The translations under genes were made by a program, and so were the position numbers. Under the pieces are notes generated by a model. It saw only the letters and a program-made list of their open reading frames with translations. It was not told the origin of the DNA and ran no database searches. Shown here piece after piece: positions 52,070-64,000 of a DNA stretch of 64,000 bases (its first letter is position 1; every line of letters begins with the position of its first letter). Source of the stretch: Phoronis australis (lineage: Eukaryota; Animalia; Phoronida); the NCBI GenBank assembly GCA_002633005.1, contig NMRA01000502.1, positions 240,604 to 304,603 on the forward strand, written 5' to 3'.

Positions 52070-53376
52070 CTAATTACACGTTATGGTTCCCGGCAAGCAC
52101 CAGTCCTTGTCTACTGCAGGTATGCTGAATCGAGCACAGAACTTAGAATATCTATCCATGTCCTTCGCAGTTATGCGAACGACATACTGATTGAATTCTT
52201 TTTTGTTTAAGTAACTTCTTGCTTGCGAGTCCACGCAGAGTGCAGAGGGCCCCTTGTCACAAAATGAATCTGGCAGACGAAAATGTCTCGCAACGGCTAT
52301 GCACGCGCTGTCCGTGTTCTCCACTAAGTCTTCATATCTTATTGCAGCAACCCCGAGCACTGACTGCCACTGCATGTATTCCTCGCGAAGACGATGTACA
52401 TTTGTATTTTCAGCAGTAGTAGTTCATCGAGAGGCAAATTGTACTTCAATTTTTCTTCTTCGCTCACCCAGAAATACATCTGACTTGTTCGCTCTAGGAA
52501 ATCACACACGCGTTTGCTAAGACTCAGACTTAGTGCTTGTATAATTTTGGACCTTTTGAGTTTATAAACGAATTGATTACAACGCAAATACATTTTCATC
52601 TGGGACGCTAGATTGTTAGTGACCTTCCCGCGATACACAAACCCGAGCATTATATTGGGAACCGCAGCGGAAACGTATTCATACAAGTTCGTACCGGAGC
52701 TAAATTTCATAACGTAAACTGCCGGCTTTATTTTACGTGGTTTGCACAGTATTCTAATTGAAGATCGCACAAGTTGTTTTGCTTCAGATTTCTGCAGGGT
52801 TTTATTCAAAATCATTTCCTTGATGTTGACTAACGCATGCGGCTCACTGATTGCCAATGCTTTTGGAATTTTCTCCATCATTTGAATCAGCAGAGTTGAG
52901 CCACACCGCCCTAAACTTTCCAACGCAACAACAGAAGACTCCGGGTCACCGAGAACGTCAGCAAGGTGATTGAAATGCACCAGTGGCATGATGATCATTT
53001 GTTTTGCAGAGGCAAATTGTGCCAGGAAAAGGAAAGGGCTTACTCGAGAGTTGAACACATCGATTCCTGGCAGAGTGCGAACGAAAATCGCTTCCCCATC
53101 AGCTGTAACGGTGTACAAAGACACGTTGTCTGCAAGGACACATTCCGGGTGTTCAAAATGGCTGTGTGAAGTAATGAAATGTCGCCTGCTGGGCACACAG
53201 TGTGCTTCGTTAAAGCATCGAAAATGGATGTTGAAGACTTGAGCAGACATTTCATACTTTAGACGATTACTTTCCAGATGTGTTTGTAGTCCAGATAACA
53301 TCCAAAAGAGGCGCTGAAAAACTGTGTACAACTGCTGAAGGGCAAGAAAACACAACCACGCCCAGACTTGCGACAT
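52070..53376 (-). CDS. P-loop sulfotransferase-family-like protein, with one frame disruption (frameshift or short intron) near 52340-52467
   Basis: The 345-aa ORF has a hydrophobic N-terminus, the 5'-PSB-like motif LESLGRCGSTLLIQM and AISEP. The overlapping 101-aa ORF in another frame carries AIRYEDLV and DSQ, the expected C-terminal motifs. Confidence 0.78.
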
Positions 53377-54599
53377 ACTCCAATTAACCAGTACATGTAC
53401 GTCTTCAAATCACTTGATCACCTTTTGCTGGACTGACGCGCAGAAACCCAATTCCGAGAATGCTGTCGGCACGTGTTTACAAAAGCTTGCCTGTTAATAG
53501 TGACACGAACGGTAATACATTCCCGGTTTGGTCTAGTCAAATACTTGTGTCCTTACGCCAGAAATTGCTGTTCAAGTCCGGGCGCGGTACTCGCTGACAA
53601 GTGTGTATTTTGTCCTATCCGAAAATGAATATACCATAATGCAGGTTCGGGGATCCGTCATTGAGACTCCGTGACATCATTTGTTTTCAAGTAGCGCCCT
53701 CTGTTACTTTGCCATTCTTGCCTCGTTAGCGTGACTAGCCTGTTTGACCGTGACAGTTGACTTAATAATTTGAAAGTTGAGCCTCCCAGGTTCACGGGTG
53801 AGAAACAACAGGACCGCCTGTCCTCTAGATTAGACTGAATCACCCAAAACAGGACCTCCGGAGATCAAATGGGACCGCCGCAACAGAAAATGGGACTGAC
53901 GCAACTAAAAACATGACCGCGCCACCACAAAACAGGACACCGGGGACTGCACGTGACCGCCGGACAATATATAGCTATCAATGTCTTTGTATGATACTGC
54001 TTGCGATTACGTAACCGGTCACCTAGNCAAAACTTATTACCTCCTGGACAGAATATGGGTTTACAACCCAGGCAGAAAGATAAGTTAACAAAACCAGCCC
54101 AACTGCAACAGGGTCTCAAATTTCAGTAATATATACCCATTTACAAACAAAAATCTATAATGGTAAATAAAATGCGGAAACATAAATTCAGATCAATTAC
54201 GCATCTTCAAGGAAAAGGAATAGTACAGTGATCAGAAATCATCTAAATGTGATGGCGACACTAGAAATCCTGTCAGACCAAAACATACAGTGGCTAAACA
54301 AAATGAACAATGTACCATTACCATGTGGCCCAGAATCATAATCCGTGCCTGGACAAAAATTCAGTCTTAGACTAGGTAAATTTTAGACTTGTGCTGTTCA
54401 CACAAGCAGTTCTGGTGCAAACAAAGCTTACGACAACACACAAGCCTACTTCCCTACACAGCTGTGCTGATACAATAATGCCCCCACTGGATTCAGCAGA
54501 TCAGCCAGAGTATTTACAGGTCCAGCCATTGTACTGTTTCCTCCCATTGAATTTTTACAATGCTACATCCTTGACAATCGCAGATTGCCTCTTTCTATG

Positions 54600-54911
54600 C
54601 CTACTCTACTTCCTCTGTCCCAGTTTCCCCACATTTGCTGAAAGTGGCCTATCTCAACAAATTAGTTTGGACCTGTTGTGGTATAAGCCAGTAATCTTTG
54701 GCAAATACTTTTTCCCCAACTCGTTCCTCAAGCTACAAATTCTCTTTGACATATCTTCTGGGAGTAAACTTTTCGGCCTCTCTCTAGCCCCCTCACTTAG
54801 TTGTCCAGAAGGGTACCTTCTTGCTGGTTGTGAACTTTTCCATACCCAACCTTTACTAATAACTGGCAAGTCTCCAACTTCAGCAGAAGCCACTTCTTCA
54901 GCATAAGCCAT
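54600..54911 (-). mobile_element. Possible transposase C-terminal remnant (Sola-like?)
   Basis: KGWVWKSS...RY, PEDMSKRICSLRNELGKK and, frameshifted, FAKDYWLIPQQVQ resemble from memory a GW-x-LK...P-xx-V-xxx-MR...F-xxx-WL-xxx-Q C-terminal pattern of invertebrate DNA transposases. Confidence 0.3.
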
Positions 54912-56311
54912 TCCTGATTTAGTATAATTTCATATTTTATGGGGAAATGCTAGTGTCCTTAAAATTAATTAAAAACATTTAAGCAAACCAATTGTTTTAA
55001 TTGTTGTATTATACCACGGTATATTAAAGCGTAGAAACGGCGCACAACTAGTGACTGGTTTAACATGACAAATACACATACGCGGTCTGAAAATAGTGAA
55101 ATTCAGACACCTATTNNNNNNNNNNNNNNNNNNNNNNNNNNNNNNNNNNNNNNNNNNNNNNNNNNNNNNNNNNNNNNNNNNNNNNNNNNNNNNNNNNNNN
55201 NNNNNNNNNNNNNNNNNNNNNNNNNNNNNNNNNNNNNNNNNNNNNNNNNNNNNNNNNNNNNNNNNNNNNNNNNNNNNNNNNNNNNNNNNNNNNNNNNNNN
55301 NNNNNNNNNNNNNNNNNNNNNNNNNNNNNNNNNNNNNNNNNNNNNNNNNNNNNNNNNNNNNNNNNNNNNNNNNNNNNNNNNNNNNNNNNNNNNNNNNNNN
55401 NNNNNNNNNNNNNNNNNNNNNNNNNNNNNNNNNNNNNNNNNNNNNNNNNNNNNNNNNNNNNNNNNNNNNNNNNNNNNNNNNNNNNNNNNNNNNNNNNNNN
55501 NNNNNNNNNNNNNNNNNNNNNNNNNNNNNNNNNNNNNNNNNNNNNNNNNNNNNNNNNNNNNNNNNNNNNNNNNNNNNNNNNNNNNNNNNNNNNNNNNNNN
55601 NNNNNNNNNNNNNNNNNNNNNNNNNNNNNNNNNNNNNNNNNNNNNNNNNNNNNNNNNNNNNNNNNNNNNNNNNNNNNNNNNNNNNNNNNNNNNNNNNNNN
55701 NNNNNNNNNNNNNNNNNNNNNNNNNNNNNNNNNNNNNNNNNNNNNNNNNNNNNNNNNNNNNNNNNNNNNNNNNNNNNNNNNNNNNNNNNNNNNNNNNNNN
55801 NNNNNNNNNNNNNNNNNNNNNNNNNNNNNNNNNNNNNNNNNNNNNNNNNNNNNNNNNNNNNNNNNNNNNNNNNNNNNNNNNNNNNNNNNNNNNNNNNNNN
55901 NNNNNNNNNNNNNNNNNNNNNNNNNNNNNNNNNNNNNNNNNNNNNNNNNNNNNNNNNNNNNNNNNNNNNCCAAGCCTGCCTGAAGGGCTGACAAAGTTTT
56001 TATTGTATTAATTTCAAGGGCATGGAGTCTTCTACATGTTCATGTTATTATTTTTAGTTTTCTCGTGGGGGCAGCTTCGCTATAAGGGTACAGCTTACTG
56101 CTGGTTTTTCACAAGACGGAAACGTACCTCCACGGAAACAGTTCCAGTGTTACCATGGTAACCGATATTGCAGTGTCGGTGCCGTTTTTATTGACATTGA
56201 TCATGAACCTATCATGTGATATCAAAATTGTTCAGAAACGATTCTGTTTGAAGCAGAAACTGGAGTAGAAAATTTGGTCAAAAATGACTCATTCCACACC
56301 CAGAAATTGCC

Positions 56312-57260
56312 TCATTTTGCCCCCCAGAACACTTCCCTTGTATCTCCTAAACCACCGAACTTTGTGGTGTCATACTTCACCCATTTTCTCTCATCCCTAA
56401 TGTGATTTATCAGACTAAACACGGATCTGAATGGTTGACCCCCCACCTTGCCGCTTGTTGGCTGTACTGTGGTCGGTGGATCCGTGGACTGATACTTAAC
56501 TACCCACCACGTACTAAGCCATGGATGTCTATTCATTCTTTTGCGTGAGTAACACATGTAAATACACTTAAGCCAGTGTCAGCTCTGCTACTGTGTCACA
56601 GTCTGTGTATAGCTATCAACGTGTGGTACGTCCAGAAAATGTGATCAAAGTCATCAGGAAGTTTCATGCATAGGTGAACCGAGTAGCATTTTTATCATAC
56701 ACGGTTTCGACACAGGAGTTTATGTTTTCTCTCAGTCTCATTAGTTGTACTCCATCCTGCTGGTAGTCAACAGCCTCGCAATGTCTCGTGAACTTGGCGT
56801 CATTAAGTTGGTATATCCATCGGTAAAACAACCGGAATTCTTGCAGAAAGTGCACTAAATACGAGTCCACGGTCTCGTCCAGGCCACCACCTTGAACGTA
56901 ACGTAAACAAACCAATTCACGTGCGTTTGTACTTCCTTGGACGGGAGAGCAACTATAAAGGCCTGTTGAAACCAATAGTTCTAAAAAGATGTCGACTAGA
57001 TTGTCAAAAGTTAGCAAGTATGCCATATCTAATATTTTCATGCCTGTCAAAAACTCATTCTTGTCTGCATGTTGAGAAGTGTCAATTAATCTTATGCTTC
57101 GATCGAATTTTAAAAATGCCGATGTCCTATTTCATCAGCAGAAAACCCGGCCCTGGGCTTCTAAAAAGTCCACCGATGGATGCGTATTGGCTTTTCGTTA
57201 TCACCTCGATCCGGAAATGGAACTGGAATACCTGCTGTATCAGAAACAAAGGCTGAGTCG
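56312..57260 (-). pseudogene. Degraded coding-like region of unknown family
   Basis: Chain of minus-strand open stretches of protein-like composition (IPVPFPDRGD.., FLTGMKILDMAYLLTFDNLVDIFLELL.., LPDDFDHIFWTYH, RHPWLSTWWVVK, DTREVFWGAK) broken by stops and frameshifts. No recognised motif. Confidence 0.3.
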
Positions 57261-57739
57261 AATCCTGTATATGGAACATCTCTCGATTTGTAAAATAATA
57301 CTTAGTAAACTACCTTTGCGCGGAAGACGACGTGACAAAAACCAGACACAACCACTGGCTGTGTAAAACCCGGACTCACTCCGCCCCCGAAACCGTCTAC
57401 ATCGCGCATTGCTGCCAAAATTTTCACAGGATGTAACCACAAATATTGGATCAGCCAAGGAAACGCCTTGGAACAAAATGAGATGAGCTTAATTTTGATT
57501 GACCAATGCCATCGAGAAATGAACCAAAAATAACCAAAAGTATTCGTCTAAGTGAAAACTGCACAAGCAACAACCAATAAAAGTTGTCAAACGCGTTTCC
57601 ATTCTAAGACTTGTTTTTCTTCTTCCCATATGATTTCGATTCTTACTTGTTGGCGCATTGTTAGTATAAAACTGAGGTGCACGTACGTAACTGTGAAAAA
57701 TATCGATAAAACGAAGTGCTGGTTAGTGCTAAGATAAAA

Positions 57740-59825
57740 CAGGTCTTAATGATTACTGTATTAGATTGATGTTCAGGATGTGACCTTTGAATATTTCTAT
57801 TGTTTCTAACGAGTTGACAAGTTGTAGGAGTCTATTCCAGAGTAAAATGGTAGATGGAAAGAAAGAGTCTGCGTAGTATGCAGTGGGGATAAATTATCTT
57901 TCAAAGGTATGACAGTGGGAGTTACGTGATTTGGAGGTATGTAGGAGTGGAAGGTATGAGTGAGGAATAGCAACCAGGTTATGGACGGTCTTGTACAGAA
58001 GGGACAGTTTGTTTTGAGCTCGTCTTTTCTGGAGGGTGGGCCATTTGAGAGTTTTGAGCATAGGTGAAACGGAAGAGTACCTTAGGTGGTCATTTAAAAC
58101 GAAACTGGCTGCTCTACGCTGTATTTTTTCTATTTTTTCAATGTTTGTACGAGTGGATGGACGGCTTAGGAGTATTCGAGTTTCGGTCTAACAAGTGAAG
58201 TGTAGGCAAGGGCTTTTGTTTTTTGAGGAGCATACTTGAGATTTCGTTTAATTAAGCCAAGAGTTTTGTTTGCCTTTGAGGTGATTGTGTCTGTATGAGT
58301 GTTCCATGATAAATTATTGGTGAGAGTGACCCCGAGGTATGGGTTTTCATTAATGCATTTGAGTGAAGCGTTATGTATAATGGGGGAACGTTTTCTGTGG
58401 ATACGAAGAATATTGCATTTGGAGATATTAAAGTTCATTTTCCAGGAATTTACCCAAGAGGCTAGATCATCTCCAAGAGCCTTAGATGGGATACCTTATC
58501 AAAGGCTTTGGAGAAGTCCAGCACCACAGCGTCGGTTTGAGTCCCAGCCTCCATAGTTTGGAGGAGGTCATCTACGAATATGACAAGTACAAGTTGTGTT
58601 TCGCATGATCTATGGCTACGAAAACCATGCTGCCAAGTGCAAAGTATATTATTTGTGTCGAGATGAGGCATAATGTTACTATGTGCTGCATAAGTTTGGA
58701 ACATCTGCAGGTGAGTGATATTGGGCGGTAGTTTGAAGCCAAAGTTTTATCATCTTTTTTGAAGATGGGTGCTACGTTTGCATTTCGACATTCTGTCGGA
58801 ACTGTAGATGTTTCATATGATTTGGTAAAAAACTTTTGGCGGACAGGTGCAATTCCTTCTGCTGTTACTTTAAGAATGTGAGGAGATATTTTGTCTGGTC
58901 CAGCGGCTTTGTGAAGATTGAGGTTTTGCAACATTTGGAATATACCGTCGGTAGAGAAGGTTATATCATGGTTGGAGTTGTAGCGGCATGTGCCCATGTC
59001 GGGTGTATCTGTACCATCGTCTTTTGTGAAGACCGAGAAAAAGTGTGTGTTTCATATTTCTGGTTTTGTTTTTGAGTCAGTGTGTAGGAGGCCATCTTTT
59101 TTAAAGGAGCAATGTTTGGTGATTCTTTGTTGAGACTTTTGATGAAAGAGTAAAATCTTTTTGGCTTTTTACTTTGGGAATGTGTTATGATGTTGTTGAT
59201 GTAATTCCAGTAGGCTTTGCGGGTTTCTTGTTGGACTAGTTTCCTAAGTTTAGGAAGTTTTCTCTGTCAGTTTCATTTCCAGTATGTTTTGAACGGCGAA
59301 AGAGTTTGTCTCTTTTTCTGAGGAGTTTTTTAATTTTGGGATTTATCCAAGGAATTCGATTTTTTTGTCTTGTAGTTTTGTGGGGGATGAAGCGTTCAGT
59401 AGCATCAATGAAATGTGTTGCAAAGACGGACTACATGTCATTTACGGAGGAGGAATTATGATCTTGTTTCAGGAATTTATCTTTGAAAGTAGCTAAGTAA
59501 GTCTTTAGCTCATCGTAATTTCCTTTATTGAATAGGTAGATTTTCTAGGTTTTTGTTTTTGTGTGGCAGAGTTTCCTTTAATTTCTGTAAAGACGATGTC
59601 GTGGTCGCCAAGACCAGGGATGACCTCAGTTTCAACTATGCTACTGGGATTGTTTGTTAGGAGGAGATCTAGTACTGTATATTTTTATCACGTGTAGGTT
59701 TTGTTACTGTTTGTTCAAGAAAGTTGTCATGAATAATGTCAAGAAGTTTGTTACAGAGGTTTATGTTTGGTGTGTTTGGAAGGGATGAGTAGGTATTCTA
59801 GTCAATGTGAGGGCAGTTGATATAT
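57740..59825 (-). mobile_element. Degenerate CR1-group LINE (endonuclease end + RT), with RT core deleted
   Basis: LDLLLTNNPS...PGLGDHDIV (APE end), KAAGPDKI, NYRPISLTC, QHGFRSHRSCETQL, LDFSKAFDKVSH, WKMNFNISKC, YLGVTLTNNLSW, AYTSLVRPKLEY and SFFPSTILLWN. Confidence 0.92.
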
Positions 59826-61233
59826 TCCTAACCCTCCTGCCGCAGTCTATTTCTTATTTCTGAAATGACTGTTGGACTATCTATTTGAATGAAGTAGTCG
59901 ACGTGACCATAGTATTCAGAAAGTGCCTGTCAATTCAAGCAATTTTAAAAATTTTTGCTCGTCTTTTTTAATTCAGGCCGTCCCATCGGCTGACAACGAA
60001 TCCACAGTTGTCGAACGTTTATGAAGATCATCGAAGCACTACTGCGCATAAATTAGTACGCTCTATGTTACATCCCACGGGAACTTCTAAGCTACGGCTT
60101 TATTTCTAAATGAATCTAAATCCAAACATCCACATACTTACAACTATAAAACTGAAGAATTATATGCTCTTTTGTGAAGTTTGCTGAGGCTTATATTTTT
60201 GGGCAAGTAACACACAGAAATTAATACGCGCTGTGCAGCGGTCAGGCCACTATTTGTTAGGGACGTAGAATCACTCGTACACCACCATTACGATGTTTTA
60301 CCGTTGCTCCCAACTTGTTCGATTCTATAGCCCTGCAACAAGTTGGGAAGAACACCCCTGTTGCCAATATCTTACACGACTGATTAACTTCATTCTGGCA
60401 TTGAGGGATGGAGGGCTAGCTCTCTTTTGTTCTATAATTGCTCTAATCTCCACTAGGATCATATCTAGCCTGACTGGGCTGTGATCTTAAAAATAAAAGT
60501 TAAGTTATAACAAATTTGAACATAAACCAATAGCATTTCTGAATTCCTCGTCAAATGCTGATCATGTTTAGTTTTTGAATCGCCAAAATAGCCTACCTAC
60601 AACCGAAGTTACCCAACAATCTATTCTTTCTGAAAGTACTGCGTTTACACTTGGTCCGTAATAAGCCTGGTGGATAATTGGCCTGCCTGTTGTTATATCA
60701 GACAAAAGACCGTGCTTGGCAATTAACAAAGGAGCTAGATGTTATTACACGCTCACAACCCCTACGTCTGGTAAAGTCACTGAACGAGAAAACGCCGTCA
60801 TATTCGTAGTATTATTACCATCACATTTGTGTACGGTGAAATAACTATAAAAACGGACGTTCAACAAAAAATGAAATGCGATAAACAACAAATTGGATGA
60901 CGATATTTTTGTTTCTCAAGCATGTATCACCAGTGTAACTTCCCATTTCTAGCTGATTCTTACACTAGCTGGTGCTTCGCACGGGTTCCAGCAAGTTAAT
61001 TTTAAGCTATATAGGGCAATGCTCAGTAGACGCGAGAGTATTACGGAAAACTAAGCACACCTTCCTTTTCCAAATTCTTGATTGTACAAAATTAGCAAGA
61101 TTTAACTGGGTCATTATCTAACTAATATGTCACACATTTTCATCAGGGTTACGTAGTTGAGATTTCCGAGACTGGCTCGCATATGAATAAAGTCTATATC
61201 AGAAATCACATCTTTGTTAGTCTTTCACAATTT

Positions 61234-62220
61234 TGTAAACAAGCGTTTTTCCGATGTTTTTTTCTATTGGCTAACGCGCGTCTGACGTCACTGAGGCGGT
61301 ACCGTGGGTGAAGGCAATAAGATAAATCAAGCTTATTATGTATATAGCTCATTGGGTGTTGATGCCGTGCATCATTTTTTGTCATTGGTTGTTGTATTTC
61401 ATTTACTTGCTACGCTGTTTATTTTCTTTCTAGGTAGCAGTACACCTTTCGCCGCTGTGATTTGGTTTCTTTTAGCAAGCCGGTTCTTTCCAGTGGTTAC
61501 AATAGCATTTGCATAGTCGAATAGTAGCTTGACCGGCCGGCCATTGTTACGTATTAGCCTCTGTATGTTACGTGGGTTTTGGTGACTAGCGTTTCATGAG
61601 TTTACCGGCATTCGTTGACAAGATCTGTAACGCGAATCATGTGTTTTTCCTCGGATGCTGGAACTTTTATATTAAGCACAGACTGTTAGCCAAACTGTTG
61701 TAAGTACTGAGTATTATGGCACAGCATGTTGTACTCGTGTGTATCTACTAGCTGAGTTTAGAGCGTACATTGTTGTTGTTGTTTTACGTATAGTTTCCTT
61801 CAGCTGCTTGTTTGGCCTATATGTTGCCCGGTACCCGGTTCATAGAATAAATAGTTACGGGTCGCAGTTAGGCAGTTGTTTGTGTACGGTAATGGTTCCC
61901 AGTTGTAGAATAGATAGTACGGGTTACAGTTAATTATGTATTGTTAGCGAGGTAGTATTTGCCTGTCATAGAGTCATTGGCGCGAGTCTTTCTAACGCTC
62001 TGATATAGTGCTTGTTAATTACGCTTGCTTGCCGAATACTCAGACTGTGTGTGTTTTTCTTTATTGCAGATAACCGCTTTTCCGATTTCTCCTTTTCAAC
62101 GCTTGTTCAGTTTCTCATTCAACGCTTGTTCGGAAACTTTTCATCGCTTGCAACTAAATAATAAAGTGTGTTATGCAAACGGCTTCTTTTAACTTATCCC
62201 TGTAGCCAGACGCGGCTACA
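61234..62220 (+). mobile_element. Possible LTR
   Basis: TGT...ACA bounds and AATAAA about 55 bp before the end. The gtagcc..ggctaca end is followed by ttgg. No TSD was found and the left bound is uncertain. Confidence 0.25.
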
Positions 62221-64000
62221 TTGGGTGATTGCTTCTAGGCAACAAAACCGTGCTTAATGTGTATAATTCGTCTGCGATCTCGGCTCTCAACAGTTCATGA
62301 TACAAATTTACTGCCGTGTAGTGTTGACTGAAGCCGTTCTCGGCACGGGCCAGGAAAGGTCCCCGACTGCGTAGCTTTGCCTTGGTGCAAGCTGTATAGT
62401 TAATATACAGCGGCCGTTGCACCGACGTGGGTAAAAACTGATCAAAAAAATCTGACACAAAATTAGTTATTACACTCTTCCTTGAGTAAACTAAATTATT
62501 GTCGGACTGGTGTTGAAAAAAGTGGCGTTCTGCCGTTCCCACTCTGCTGCTTAAATTTGGGTGCGCTCTTTAAGCTCGGCTTTCGGCGCCGTCACCTGTT
62601 GCCTTATTGGCCAGTTTCGTTACCCGAGTTGTTCTTCTTCCAAGCGATCGATCTGTTCTTCGATGTTGTGTACATGTCATAACAAATTACGAGACCTAAT
62701 TTCATTTCCTTACAAGTCTTTAGTATTTTAATACCAGGAAACCGAATTTCATAAAAATTTTTGCCCCTGCAAAGCTGTCATCATTTCCCGACAGATGTCG
62801 CAAAATTTTAGGAAATAGCGTGTGTTGAGCGTACAGTTTTCTAAGGCTGAGAATTATGAAATGAAATAACGTTTACTAGATTGTTTTCACTTAAATGGGT
62901 CTAGCGGGCAAGGTGAGTGTCGGTTGACACCAAGATATTTGCACGCTCCCCTGCCGGTTTAGAGGTCTACACAAGTTTCGCGACGAGGTGACGAGCAGAA
63001 CTACATGTACTTGGGCTATGTGAAATTTCCGAGTAACGGAGCTCAACACAGTGTGCTACTGGTACCTAGTTGTATTTTGAAGATAGTCTTCATACAGCTA
63101 GCTGACTGGGATGAATCAAAGTCACGGGAATGAAAAAGGTTGTGACGGTAGGCACATGTTGATCTGTCGACTGGAATATGAACTCGCACGGCTAATGACC
63201 TATGTCTCTTTTTGCTGTACAGCCTCAGTGACGTCACGAAAAACAGCGCTTGCAGTGGGATTTTACGGAACTAATAAAATTTTGCTTTTCAAATTAAAAA
63301 AGAAAAAAATATTTGCAATATTTAGGAATATGTGGATGCCAGTAACCAACCTTTATACTTTCAAAATTCATATTAAAATGCTGAAACATGTAGTTGTCAG
63401 GCCTCTTTTCAGCACAATTCCTCCAACCAACGAAGAGCGTAAACTGGAGGCGCGTCTTTCATGGCGTCTGATCTTGCCCAGTTTGAGCCGAACAATTACG
63501 AGCGCTCAGTTCCTTCTGTTTACTTCCTGATGTAATTTAAGCGTGTGTTTGATGTGTGTTGAATCCTGAGGATGACAAATGCACCAAAATCTTCGATGTT
63601 TATCTTTTAATCTGATGTGACTGTGCATTTCCATTCCCGAACATTGAAAAAGCAACGAATTCAATTTAAAATATCGTGCGAGAGTGACTTTTTCAGCTGA
63701 TTTTGTCTCTTGCTGTTTTGTCCTAGGACTGTCATAGTAATTCAAAATTCTACACAGTTTAGGCTTGTCCTTCTGAGTTTTATTCAGCCCTTGATTTACG
63801 AGGAAGCAAGTGTGTAACTCCACTGAGTAAACCCGAATGGTCGACAACGCCATCATTGAAGCGATAGCGGCATTGTTCATCCGCACGAACAGCCAAGCTA
63901 TCTTAAACAAAGGCGACAGCCATGGCTGAATAAAATATACATGTACGCCAAAATTGCGTGCATCTTATAATACCAAATCAGTCACGATGTACATGGATAC

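Larger units (their letters stand above)
48154..54021. repeat. Long inverted-repeat arms (48154-48263 plus 42272-42316 versus 53792-54021)
   Basis: gtcctgttttgtggtgg.gcggtcatgtttttag...gtttctcacccgtga at 48160-48265 is the reverse complement of 53792-53938. tgaccggttacgt...cagtccccgg, left of the Ginger element, is the reverse complement of 53940-54021. Confidence 0.8.

Noticed and set aside
43662-55994. Long ORFs at 18603-19435, 27535-27833, 43662-44558 and 54969-55994
   Set aside because: They are open only because they run through N gaps.

Overview
AT-rich, repeat-dense animal draft-genome window. It is probably from a marine invertebrate, but the species cannot be determined from the sequence alone. 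It has four large N gaps and several single-n contig joins. One intact spliced gene is present: a PTCHD3/Patched-related sterol-sensing-domain protein (3 coding exons, 6401-21233, + strand, 889 aa). A P-loop sulfotransferase-like gene (52070-53376, -) has its frame broken by one frameshift or a short intron. A decayed SGNH/PC-esterase-type membrane protein pseudogene (31747-32756, -) is only partly visible in the ORF track. The rest is mostly transposable elements: RTE, RTE-X-like and CR1-group LINE fragments, Kolobok elements with THAP and KolX-like remnants, an AcademX element nested in a Kolobok, a Ginger-like element, hAT-like elements and MITEs, a hairpin-bearing element with a tRNA-type Pol III promoter, and an initiator-tRNA-Met-derived head. 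Three tandem duplications beside gaps are most likely uncollapsed haplotypes. The most notable items are inverted repeat arms enclosing the sulfotransferase gene (possible cargo-carrying element) and abundant TACATGTA motifs that appear as insertions at TA sites (Tc1/mariner-type footprints). No prokaryotic features or CRISPR arrays were found.
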